Positions 25,908 to 38,200 of a stretch of DNA of 64,000 bases are shown here, piece after piece (position 1 is the stretch's first letter; each line of letters starts with the position of its first letter). This DNA is from Balanoglossus misakiensis (taxonomy: Eukaryota > Animalia > Hemichordata). The position numbers and the translations under genes are program-made. The DNA is taken from NCBI GenBank assembly GCA_040954595.2, contig CM082578.2, positions 4,136,831 through 4,200,830 on the forward strand, read 5' to 3'. The notes beneath the pieces are model-generated. The model was not told the DNA's origin. It did no database searches and was given only the letters and a program-made list of their open reading frames with translations.

Positions 25908-28171
25908 TATTACCACATGTGATCTGGGCACACCCAGTCAGGAAGCCGTCATCGGGAACTCCGTGCAGTGTGGACTGTGGTGAGTTTATTTCAACGCAGA
26001 GTTCAGACGAGGCTGTGCACGTAAACCCAGCTAGATTGACCACTTGGTTTGTTGCGGTAATCTGTATCGTTCCACCAGCAGGAAGGTCTTTATCTGCATC
26101 TTCCTGCGAAATGTTTGCTTTAACATGTGTCGTTTCCGTAGCTCCGTCCCTCAAGAACACACTAAGCTCCCACAGGCCTGTACCGTTTAATCCTGCTCCC
26201 AAAGAGCTGCTGGAAACACCCGTCGAAAAAGAAACTATATTTCCCTGGCCACTGTACATTTCCCCTTGGGTAATAGACACTGTCACGCCACTGATAAGGA
26301 CGCCTGATGAAACGAAAATATAAGAGAGCATCCGTGTGAATCACTGTAATGAAATCATATGTTTTAGCACGACCGTTTGAAAGACAACTTACTTGCACAC
26401 GTTGGTGTTTCATCACTCCACGTCCCGTTGTAACATGTAATTGTTTCTGCCCCGATCAAGTTTAAGCCTTGGTCGCATGCAAACGTGACGCTATCGCCGT
26501 GGTCTGTGTCATTTGAGAGTCTCCGTCCATTCTCCGGAGTTCCTGGGTCCAGACAGTTGTCTGCAGTGAGCATAACAACATGACAAAATTACGTTACCAA
26601 ATACTATGTCACAGTCCTTCCAAAATCACAAATTCCTAAAAATTGACAGGACCTATGTATACATGAAACGTTCGAAATGTTGGCGATGCTGCCAATCCAC
26701 CTCTAGTATATATTCTGCTCTGTTTCTCAAATGATGTTATGGATACGTTTGTCACGATCTGGAAAGAGAAATATTAGCAAAGCAACGCAACTCACGGAAA
26801 CACGTGTCCGGAGGGAGTTCACTGTCCGGTACCAGACCAGCACCAAGGTACCAACCGCCGTCTGATTGACACGTCAGTGATGTATAACCTGATTGAGTTG
26901 TGTTAGCATCGCAGCTAAAATCCACAACATCTCCTTCAGCGTAGAACCCGTTATTTGTTGGGTCTGGTGACCGACTACCAAGGTATGGGTGGCCAGGGTC
27001 CGCACAGGCAGCTAAATTGACGATAAAACATTTATCGAGTGCAAGAGATCAAATTTAATAACATTGTAAAGCACTAAATCTGGTGGGATTGTACCATGCA
27101 ATCCATTGGCAGCATATTGTTTGCAAAAGTGGTGATGTATGACGTAGTAGCTCTCAGCTACATCTTATCCATGGATTTGTCTGATTTACAAATAAGTTGT
27201 TGGGCTTTGAGAATTTACTGACCTACCTTGACAGGCATCGTTGCCTAAACTTGGAGAGATTTGGAAACCAGGCCCTGGTGTACCAAGGTTAACACACGTG
27301 TAACCAGCGCTATATTGCGGGAGATAACCTTCGTCACACACGACATCAAATGTCTCACTGTTTGCAAGATCGGTGCCGACACCGATGGTGGTATCGTTGC
27401 ATGTTTCTAACGCTCCGACGTAACACGCCACATTTGAAGGCAAACCTGGCAAAATACAGCCTCCTGAAAACGATAATTGAAAACAAACACTTCACAGAAC
27501 ATTCCATCCTGGATATTAAAAAGTATATGTAAAAGTGTAGAGTGGAAGCTTCCTCTATTAACTCAGGTTCTTTTATTTGTTGCGTTGCATGATAGTGGAA
27601 AGCTCCGGCAGTAAAATTTAAATGAACGCGAGTGTCTGCAGATCCTCATTTCACGCAATGGTTATATTATGTTATGAAGTTGTCATTTTAGCCCTTGTGT
27701 TAAACCACAGGATGGGTTTATGTCATGTGTTGGTGTTTGTTAGTCTGTCTGCCTGTGTGTCTGTATGAACACAGGGACTGTGGTATGAATACGTGTCTGT
27801 CTCTCTGATTGTTCAGTGTAGGCCCACTTACAAGCATACCAATGTGACTTAAGTAAAGTGGGCCGCTTTCAAGTAGGTCAGGATTCTCTTGTCACCAAGA
27901 CTGACGACATTCTGTTCAAGCAATATTCCCTCTATGGACCATAATCACATGCAAAGTTCGGTACAGTCAAATGTTATTGCAACCTCTCTGATACTATAAT
28001 GTGCCTTGTACAAGAACGGAGGTTTCAGTACACTTTCAATTGATTGTGTCCGTAAACTGAAATTTCTGCCGCTAGTTTTGAGACCAGAGGCTGTCAAGAC
28101 CTACCTTCAACCAGTGAATAAATCCCTGCTTCTAAACTCAAAAGAAGGACCAGTGTTGCACTAAGCGCCAT
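22828..28171 (-). CDS. Secreted multidomain Sushi/CCP + HYR + Thr-rich (mucin-like) protein, 12 exons, ~848 aa
   Basis: Exons 28105-28171 (signal peptide MALSATLVLLLSLEAGIYSLVEG), 27227-27463, 26796-27011, 26393-26560 (CLDPGTPENG...WSDETPTC), 25914-26303, 25482-25685, 25070-25276 (Thr-rich), 24684-24863, 24126-24395, 23642-23884 (HYR: DYQPPSVTCPQDI...ASDLSGNTATCSFAVVV), 23144-23320, 22828-23015. All introns are GT-AG and phase 1, and the joined 2547 nt are open. The acceptor of the Thr-rich exon is the least certain. Confidence 0.85.
25858..25907. repeat. (CAT/ATC)n microsatellite, intronic
   Basis: About 16 trinucleotide units just inside the intron after the donor at 25913. Confidence 0.9.
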
Positions 28172-28611
28172 GTTGTCTCAGCTCAGGTAATCAGGGGACT
28201 GTTCCTCGGGCAGGGTGCGCCCAGTGGCGGCTACAGGCTGTGAAAAACACCTACGCTGACCCGCAGGTGCAATGGCTATAGCTCCTTCAGATTGGCAGAT
28301 ATTGATTATATGATCTCTACAAAGTCCCATACAGGGTAGTTGACACACTTAGGCTGCTGGTCACAAACTAGACATTTACTTTGTTCCGCATAGTATTTAA
28401 ATCGCTGTTTGTGTCTCCTATGCATGCTATTTCGTATGATCCCTCAAGGTCATTGGTACTCTCGGTTCACTGTTCAGTTGTTACAAAATATGTCTGGTGG
28501 TATAGCGCCCCCGTGCGACAACTGTTTCCGTGCGCAGTACGCAGAATGAGTACGCAGTAGTCTCGGTTACCCAGACTCGATAGCCCGCGCGAAGGAGTCA
28601 AGGTAACCGAG

Positions 28612-29115
28612 TGTCACGATTGAGTTTTAACGATCATAGATCTTGTTTATGATTACGTAAGAAGTCATTCACTTATATGGTTTTAGTCCAGTATTGACAT
28701 AGGTACTTGCCCCAGATTGTGTAATTGATACATGTCAGAACGAGATAGAGATATCACGCGCTAAGTTCATGTTTAAGAAACTTGACTAACGTATTACTAG
28801 TAATAAGGTGTGGTGAAATTTGAGATCACACGTTTATCACCGGATATCCGTGATGGGAGTCAACGAGCATGGATCGAGTCGTGTATTTCTTACGTGTGAC
28901 CAGTAATAAACCAGAACTTTGTGTTACTCGGAAAACTTATTGTAAGTCTCTGTCTACGAAAGCTTTACGATCTGCCGGGTACCTCTCTCGGACTTTATGA
29001 ATATGTTGGGTGGAGATGGAGATGGAGAGAATTTACGCTCCCAGCCTTCGGACGTGGCTGATTCCCCACAGAAGCCCCGATGAGGTAAACGTCCGAAGGA
29101 CGGCGGGCCGTAACA
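28612..29115 (+). mobile_element. Probable solo LTR
   Basis: TGTCACG...CGTAACA ends, AATAAA at ~28904, 4-bp flanks CGAG/CAAG. It interrupts a small TAGTCTCGGTTACC...GGTAACCGAG hairpin element. Confidence 0.6.
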
Positions 29116-30330
29116 CAAGTACGCAGTGACTGCCACGTGTTTTTTCTAGGAACCATAAAAGCAGCCATTTGGTTAATTTATCCAATAAACTTATTAAAGA
29201 AAAATGGCCTGTTGTATATTACATATGGTCTTGCACTTTAAAATCAACTTACATCAGGCACTGCAGATCAAATGTTCGCATACTCTTACAATACGTTACA
29301 ATTAATTTTAATACCAAAGGTTTGTTACCACCTATTGTTGGTGAAAAATCCTGGCAGTGTCGCTTTTACAGAACGTTGGGTTGAAACGTTCCGCTATACC
29401 CTCTGGACGTGTACATATCGTTCAAGTCCAGATAGGTCCTGCGACATGTGCGATATTTACGTTCCCCGGGCAATGTTTGTCATCCATACACTGAGTGTGT
29501 GTTCATGTACCTGTATGATGATCAACGGTGGCGCCAGGAATACTGATTAAATTGCACCTAAGGTAAATACCCGGGGTATAAACCCATAGCAAGCGTGTAT
29601 CTGAAATTACTTGTTCTTTTGTTCGGAGGGTCTTATAACATGTATTAGAACTCCAGTAGCCGTTCATTCTCTAACTTATGAACCTGTACAGCCACAATCT
29701 GAGGTTGATAATATCTTTTTGTATACATACAATTTAATTAAATTACTGAAATTGACTATTCTGAGTTCGAAAGTAGAGTTCTGAAAAGAATTCAAAAACT
29801 GGCAGCTATTGGGGCTTCGAGTTGAATATATTGATTATATGAAAAGAGGCAATGCGCATTAGAGTCAGCATTGCCACCCATGCACACACGTGTCACCATT
29901 AATACTGGGATTTACTATACGGGGCTGGAGGTTTATTGTGGCATGTATATATCATGATCAAAAACACATCGACACGGATGTACACGTCAAAGCACACCCA
30001 GTTCTTCATTTCAATCGCCTATATATCTCAATTTTTTTTTCTCAACTGACAAAGGGAACATGAGCTTTAAAGTAAAAACATGACACCCACTCGCGAGATC
30101 AAATGACAGCAAAATCATTACCTTCTTCGCGTAAATGTATCGTGAGAGGCAATAATTTTAATTTTACAAGTTGCCTCTCTTTCTCTCTCTCAAAATGCAG
30201 AACAGCTTAAAATTCCAGGGGCTTCTATGTGATTCTCCTGGCTTAGAAATCAATCATTTTCCAAGATCAATTCAGTTGTATTTAAGAAAGTGTTGGGTTT
30301 GAGGTCAATGAGACAATTTGTACAAAAATT

Positions 30331-30544
30331 TCTTCATTAAATAGTTCTGTTTTAACAGCATTGGAAGTCTTCATTCCCCAGTGTCACTTGGCATGATACT
30401 ATTGTCGCAGAGAACATTCCATGTTAGTGTGACACACTCTTCATTAAATAGTTCTGTTTTAACAGCATTGGAAGTCTTCATTCCCCAGTGTCACTTGGCA
30501 TGATACTATTGTCGCAGAGAACATTCCATGTTAGTGTGACACAC
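30331..30544. repeat. Perfect 107-bp tandem duplication
   Basis: TCTTCATTAAATAG...GTGACACAC occurs twice. Confidence 0.9.
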
Positions 30545-30866
30545 AACTCTGGCGCAGATGGCACATAAACGTCATCCCTGGCACAACCGTTATTGGTTTA
30601 GATCAACACACTACACCAGTGTCTCGCCGTTGTGGTTTAGTAGGCGCGGCACACGTAACAGACTTCTGAGGGAACAGGGAATCAGTGGTATCACATGTCA
30701 TACTGGCCACCACTGTTACATGGGTAGTGTGTCTATAGAGGGCGCTTTGCATCATTGGTGACCATGTGCTACAATGGCAGAGGACACTCTCGACTTCTCA
30801 CACAGTTCAACAGTCCTGCTCTTCTTGAATATTTTCCAAATAGTCAAACATGTCATCATAGTCCAG

Positions 30867-31829
30867 TTTTTTAGGTCCCATTGGTTTTTACCATGGGGCC
30901 TTATGGGATCGGTTGCGTCTGTATGTATGTATGGATGGATGGATGTATGTCTGTATGTCCGTCCACATCGAAAACTTGAAAACCGCTGCACGTATAACCT
31001 CGATATTTGGTGTGCAGATGCAGGCAGGGCTGTAGATGGGAGTTTGTTCAAATGAAGTTGTCATTGCCAAAAATATGCAAATTAGCTGGGAAAATGTGAA
31101 ATTGGTCAAAACTCAAAAACTCAACAACCACTGGTCATATTGATTTGAAAATTGGTATGCATGTACCTTATGTCAACCTCATACAGTCCTGTATGTTTTG
31201 AGCTAATATTATTGATTTCCTATGTTTTATGCATTTTTAGGTCCCATCGGTATAGGCCTATATATTATACCATGGGACCTTATGGGATCGGTTGCGTCTG
31301 TATGTATGTATGTATTGATGTATGTCCGTCCACATCAAAAACTTGAAAACCGCTGCGTGTATCACCTTGATATTTTATGTGCAGATGCAGGCTGGGCTGT
31401 AGATAGGAGTTTGTTCAAATGAAGTTGTCATTGCCAAAAATTTGCAAATTAGCTGGAAAAATGTGAATTTGGTCAAAACTCAGTAACTCAAGAACTACTG
31501 GTCAGATTGCTTTGCAAAGTGGTGTGTATTAACTTTATTGAGTTGTTTTAATTAGGTAGGAACTCCCTCCTGTGTTTCATATAAACACAGCAAATTCCTG
31601 AATGATTACATAACTGGCTAAGTTTCAAGAGGCCAGCTGTTCTATTTAGTGTATGTACAGTACATATGCCATTGGCAGCTTATGGGTCAGTCAGTGTTTG
31701 CCCATTGATCTCTCTCTATGTGTGTGTGTGTGTCTGTCTGTCTGTCTGTATATGGCCATGTACTCCGGTGTAGACTTTTTCTTGTGTAATCCCTCAATGG
31801 GACCGCCGTGTCCTTGACGCGACTTTTAA
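30867..31829 (+). mobile_element. Tandem head-to-tail HINE/DINE-1-like copies (30867-~31200 partial, 31234-31829)
   Basis: Two TTTTTAGGTCCCAT starts, each followed by the same microsatellite and core. Confidence 0.7.
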
Positions 31830-32289
31830 TCTTAATTGTTTCGATTGCCGAAAAAGTTCGATATGCACTACACAGTTTGCTTCTGGAGAATGGTACCAAC
31901 CTGAAAGAGGGCAGGAAACAAGAATAATGTACTGAGTAGAACATCAATTATCCGGACATTGATTATCCGAACTAATTCCAAAGTCTACATGTAGTTGTAT
32001 ACCTTGCTTAATCATTGTTTTATGGTTGCGGCCCTCGCTGTCAAAGGATGCCATTATAGTTCAGCACTTTCCTCTTTAATAAAGTTATTTCTTTAAACAA
32101 CCTTACCACCCATTTATGCCTTTTGTTGTATCCTCGGGTGTGAATCATTTGGATGCAATCGCAAAAGGTGTGAAAATAAACAGCTCAAGAATGGCACGGT
32201 CCATTCAGCTGCATATCATTATCTGATAAAATTATTTTGACCAGCTATAGAAGACTACCATACCTTTAGTATTTATTGGTGGCACCTTT

Positions 32290-35200
32290 TTACTGAGATG
32301 TCCTGTCGTTCCTTGTTTTAATCCTCAAGATTTTTGGGAGTCGCCTTTTCTTTTCGATTTCTCTCTGAGGTGCTTCACCCCTGGCATGTTCATCTGAGCA
32401 GAAAGTGATATTTTAACACACCGAGAGTTTCAGTTGAATGTTAGATACTATAATTACATGTACATGTAGCTTCCTTGCAATATACCGGTACATGTATACA
32501 TTTATATATAGAAAATGAGAGCCAAAAACCATTTGAACAGTTAAGAAATGTTGCCTACCTTTTGCATCATGTGTACGGCCTTCTTTTTTAGCTCCTTTAT
32601 TTCTTCCATTCTTCTTATGATTATCAGTGTTGACATTAACTGGCATACAAAATGCCCTTGCCATAATTCTTCTAAAGAATGAGCCAATCCTACGACGTGC
32701 TCTCTTCTTAGGTTGAGCTGCAATAATATTATCATTTTGTCACCTTTAATGCTCAAAGTAGGAAATATCAAGGGATCTGTCTACACTGAACCCTGTCTGA
32801 TCTGGAATCCTGTCTATACAAAACAGTTTCTAGTCCCCTTCACATAGAACTTTTAAAAGAACCTCTATAATGGAAGTATAAAGCAGATTTGTCTGCAAAA
32901 TGTAACAAACATAATATTCTTAGTTCCTTTGGTGTCCAGTTTCGACTGGTTTTGACTGCATAAATCAATTATTTTTTCAAGTGTGGGTCTTTGTATCAAT
33001 CATGGTCAGATTTTTACATGTCTGTCTGTCTGGTTTCTTTAATACGTGTCAGCTTGAGACAAATAAATCTTAAAGGGACAAAGTCTCTCTCTCAGTGCCC
33101 TTTTTCCATTAATTATGTTTGATACAAGACATTATGTGATTCTACATGTTGATATATAGTGAATCAACATTCAACCACACATACCTTCAATCCCACTTGT
33201 AGACACGAGAGTGAAAAACTTGCCAAAATGAATAATCGGTGTTTACCATTTATTCATTTTAGAGATATTTTTACTTTCATATCCTACAAACAGGATGGAA
33301 GTTGTGTGTGGTCGAACGTTGATTTACTATACATCCACATGTAGTATAATATAAACAGTGTCTTCCATCAAACATAATTGATGGAAAAGGGGCAGCGAGA
33401 GAGAGACTAATGTCCCTTTAAAGTGTTACAATATTGGCCTAAAATCTGCACCACCTAAGACGATACTGTAAGATTTGACATGTGCACTGTTGATTGTTAT
33501 TACGGACCACGTTCCACATTATAAGGCTACATGCAAATAAAATATAGGTACAGGTTGCTTTCTTACCCCTGTTGTCTGCATCAGTATCTTCTCCATCAGA
33601 TGTCTGCTCCAAAAGAGGAGACTCTGTGACATCAGCTATCTCTATAATGTCCATTTGGTCCTTGATTTCAGCTGATTGCACCATTGGCTTGTCAGGTACC
33701 TGCATTGTATGTTCCTTCTTCTTGTCATCGAGTGTCTGCATTGAATCCTCAGGTTTTGCAGCATCAGGAACCTGCGCAGTGTTCCCCTTTTTGAGGCAAG
33801 CTGGCGACAGCACGACTGAAGTTTCCTGTTTGCTTCCCCTGGCTACGGTGATGGATCCTGTCAGCATGGAGTTTCCAACTTTGAATTCCACAGTGGCAGG
33901 ATCTTTGACTGGAACAGCCAGAGCAGGCTTTTCATTTTCGAGATGATGACCAGATGATGGGGAGATAGAGTTGGTATCTTTTGGCTCATAGCCAACAGCG
34001 CTTCCACTGGCTGTCTGAGTGATCGATGTAGCGGGAACATCTTGAGCACTTTGTTGTACCTGGGCAGATGGTACATGTCTTTGGCTTGGCTTTACAGATA
34101 TATCACTGTCTGTATTTATGAATGGGTGAGATAGAGCTTCCTGTACAGTGATTCTTCTATCACTGTAATAACTCAACATTCTGTAGAATTGAAAAATAAA
34201 TCAAACGTTCTTTCACCTGAATTATTGAAAGTATGAATTTAAGGAAAAAAAAGTGATAACATTATTAGGAAACAACATCATAAAGAGATATATGAATGAA
34301 TAGAAAATTAAAGGCAGATGAGCATATTATTCTCTATTTACAATGTACATTCAATTGTACTTCTTAAGGGATCCACGTTATTGATCATGAAATGGGAATG
34401 TAATTACAAATTTTCACACAATAAAATAATAAAATGGATGTCCTGCTCAAACATGGCTACATTCATGAAAGTATACAACAGTGGAAATAGTGCATACAAT
34501 CTTTACAGACATAACATCGTGCCGTCTACAGGACATTATGGAAATGCGTGGATTTTAATTTACTCTGACAAAATATTCTCAATTTCTCTGTATATGGAAT
34601 ATTATTGTAAACTGAAAACAAATTCCTTTCCTATCGAAAGACATTTTGAGATTGACAAATATCAGGCAGTTGCAGCTAATTTGCTTTAATTGGATGTATT
34701 TAAAATTATAAATTTACTTAATTGTTTATGGTATGAAGTTTCATGCGCAAAGCAATTATATCTTAAAGGTATACGGTCACCTCCAATTTACATATCGCCA
34801 TATATAGTTGAAATGGCGTATTTGAGTGTTCTAAGGAACGCTTTATTTTCGCGTGTGCCACCCACTGAAAATCTGTGATTGGTTAGATCTCGATTTACCA
34901 TGGTAACTGTGGCTAAATTTGTATAGGTGACCGTATACCTTTAAGTCCAAGCTATACAAGTATTTATATGTACATGTACATGTAACCACAGTTACTAGAA
35001 ATGTAACTAATCCTACACTTTTTATACTATAGTAATCAATTCATGGTAGATTAGATGTTCCCATGCAATAACTAGACTTTTCACTAAAAAAACCTACAAG
35101 TACGTGTACAACTGAAAGCACTGCTGTTGCTTTAACTATTACATGTACTTGTCTCTTAATCTGTTACACCTACAACTAATATCGATAAAATCTAAACTAT

Positions 35201-38200
35201 TTTTTCAAACACTTCCATGACTAATGTAATATCTTACTGTGATTATTTCCCTACAACTAACCTTTTCACCAACTCAAAAAAATTGACAAAGTCCTTCTTT
35301 TCAGGGATTCTGCCTGACCTATTCTCGATCACATCATCGTACCTAATCCTACTTTCTAACGGGCTAGTCAGTGGCCTTACCTAAAAATTGAGGGCATAAC
35401 AGTTGAAATATTCCATCACCTAGTTATCATGTGACAATTTAAATTGTTATAGATATTTTTAAACTTTGTCTTGTAACCATCACATGTAATCACTATTTTA
35501 AATAAAAGAATACTTCATTTTCAATTAGCGTAGGATATGAGAACCTGTCCAGTTTTGACTACAGTTGATGTGAAATTCCTATAGCAAAGTACTTCAACTC
35601 CATGTCACCCTATATGGTGGAACACTGGTATATGTGTACGTGTGTGTCTGTGTTTCTCCACCCCTGTGCTCTTCTTGGATGCCCTAATTCTTGTCCATCA
35701 ATCACGCAATCTGGTCATGTGACCCATGGCGCTGTCATTTCCAGGTGACGGGCAAGCAATATTTCGGCATGCAGTAAAAGTTTTTTCCAAGTATGTTTTT
35801 ACTTAAGAACCGCCAAATATGTTACATATATATCAGGTATGGTGCCTCATCAGCCTCATGGCGTTTCATCTGCACAGTCTTTGTCTGCAGCACGTTGCTG
35901 AAGTTGCCCGTTATCTGGAAATGTGAACGCCAGCGGAACGTCCTGCGCCTGAGTGCATCTGACGTCATTTGATATCGAAGAATAGCTGCACATATATACT
36001 GGTGGCTTACCTAGTTAGTAAGCTCCCTTACTCAAGTGTGCTCATTATAAAATGCTGTAAACATCACTCAGTAATGTACCCTTTCACCCCTATTTCATGA
36101 TACACAAGTCAAACTATGTAGTGGGACATACGTACAATATGGGGTTTAACCAAAGAATGAGGAAACTGGGGTAAGAATTTATTATTCAGATACTCACCAG
36201 AGATCCATATGGTAAAAGTTTGAATATATACATTCCATTGGGTATTTGACTGTAAAACATGTTAGTATACTTTCCATAGTCCAGAATTGATTTGGGTACA
36301 TCTCCCAAGACTTCGATGTACTCTCCTACCAGCTGTGGCTGTGAGAGGATGACAACATGTAAATGTACAAAGACAACATGTCAATATCATGTACATTAGA
36401 TTAATTACATGTACATGCAATTTGAAACTCCATGGTATTTAGTGATGTCATCTACAAGTTGTTGTTTTTTTTACATGTACCTTACCGTTGTATAAGCAGG
36501 AAAGAGGCTATGTCCAGTGTACATTTCATAGACAATGGTTCCAAGACCCCACATATCGATGGCTTCATCGAAGTCTGTACCGAAAGTGATCTCAGGAGCT
36601 CTGTACCAACGAGTTTGTATGTGTTCTCCTTTAACCTGTTATTCATAATACAAAACACAAAATTTTAAAGTCAATAGAAGTTATAAGACTTTAGACAATA
36701 TACACAGTAGTTGAAAGAAAATCTTGATCGTAATCATTATGAGAATTACTGTAAAACGGGTTATTTTCGCGACAGGAAATTTTCGCGTTATCAAAAGAGG
36801 CAACAGTTATGCGAGGACTAATGTTCTCGTATTTCACTGCATTATTGTTATCTCCGAAAAACATTTTTACGCAACTTTTAATTTTCATGCTGTTTTGGCT
36901 CTCGCATATTTCGCTAAAATTTATTGCTTGCAAAAATAACCCATTTTACAGCAATGACAGAACTGGAGGTCTATGCACTTACACACTCATTCTTGCGACG
37001 TGCCAGGCCAAAATCAATGACTTTAACATCAATCTTCTTGTGATCTTTCAGCATGATGTTGTCTGTCTTGAGGTCACAGTGAATGACACCCACGCTTGGA
37101 CTACCCAAGAATTCCAAGGCTTCCAACACCTGTCTGGTTATTTTTCGTACGACGCCCAAGGAGAGTCTCTTGGCTTTTGATTTACTGATTAGGTCATGCA
37201 GACTTCTTGTGTACAATGGCATTGTAATACAGAGCGAGTTCTTGTATTCAAACGCTGATTCCATTATAACTAGAAAAGAATGAATCACAACAACAGCTAT
37301 TAAACATACCGGGTACATGAACAATAACACCACAGTCACACGGAGTGACTGTGTCTACACTGCACTGCACTATTAAATCTCAACTACCAGTAGTTAAAAC
37401 ACATGGTAAATATACCTCGCCGATGGCTCGGGCATCATCATTATTATGGTCAGAGATCACCATCCCTTGAGCAGGCTAAAGATTATGATATTGCCCTCGC
37501 TAACATGTGTTATGATTTTGGCCATCCCAAGCAGAAAAGGGTCTTATGGAAGCACATTACTTACGACCATAAGACCCCTTATTTCTGCTTGGGATGGCCC
37601 ATTTAAATACAGCATGTAGTCAGCATTGTTATTGTGCAAAATTGGTATACATACCAGTCCAGACTAGAATTCATTTGTTAACAATAACAAAGGCCGTTAC
37701 ACCATAGTTACACACATACAGGCTATGTTGACAAGCATAGTACTGATCAGTATATTACATACACAGAAGAAAAACACTCAAAAATTAACGCCAAAAGTCC
37801 CTTTAATCTTACCTGTGTGAACATTGTATCTTGGACTGTTTTGTTTGATCCAACCGAGCATTTTAACTTCAATTCTTAGAATCTTATTCTGACTCTCCCA
37901 CTTATCCAACTCGACCATCTTCAGGGCTTTCTCCATCCTGGATTGTCGGTCCCACACTTTCACAACCTGCAAAGAATCATTCAGTATGCAGTGGTTGTCG
38001 TGGGTTACAGAATGAAAACACAATACAACTATTTATTATACACCTACTGCTGTAACGTATGGAGTTCCGTAATACAATAATTCGCGGTATCACCGTACAA
38101 TAATTATTCAAATGAGGACGCGGAGTCCAATAACACCAGGGTTATTGGACGCATTGTGACTTTGACCTCACAGGACAGGTGATCAATGTAAACAATGATG

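Noticed and set aside
25816-25913. Poly-Asp tract in the 171-aa ORF
   Set aside because: It lies past the splice donor at 25913 and is an intronic microsatellite.
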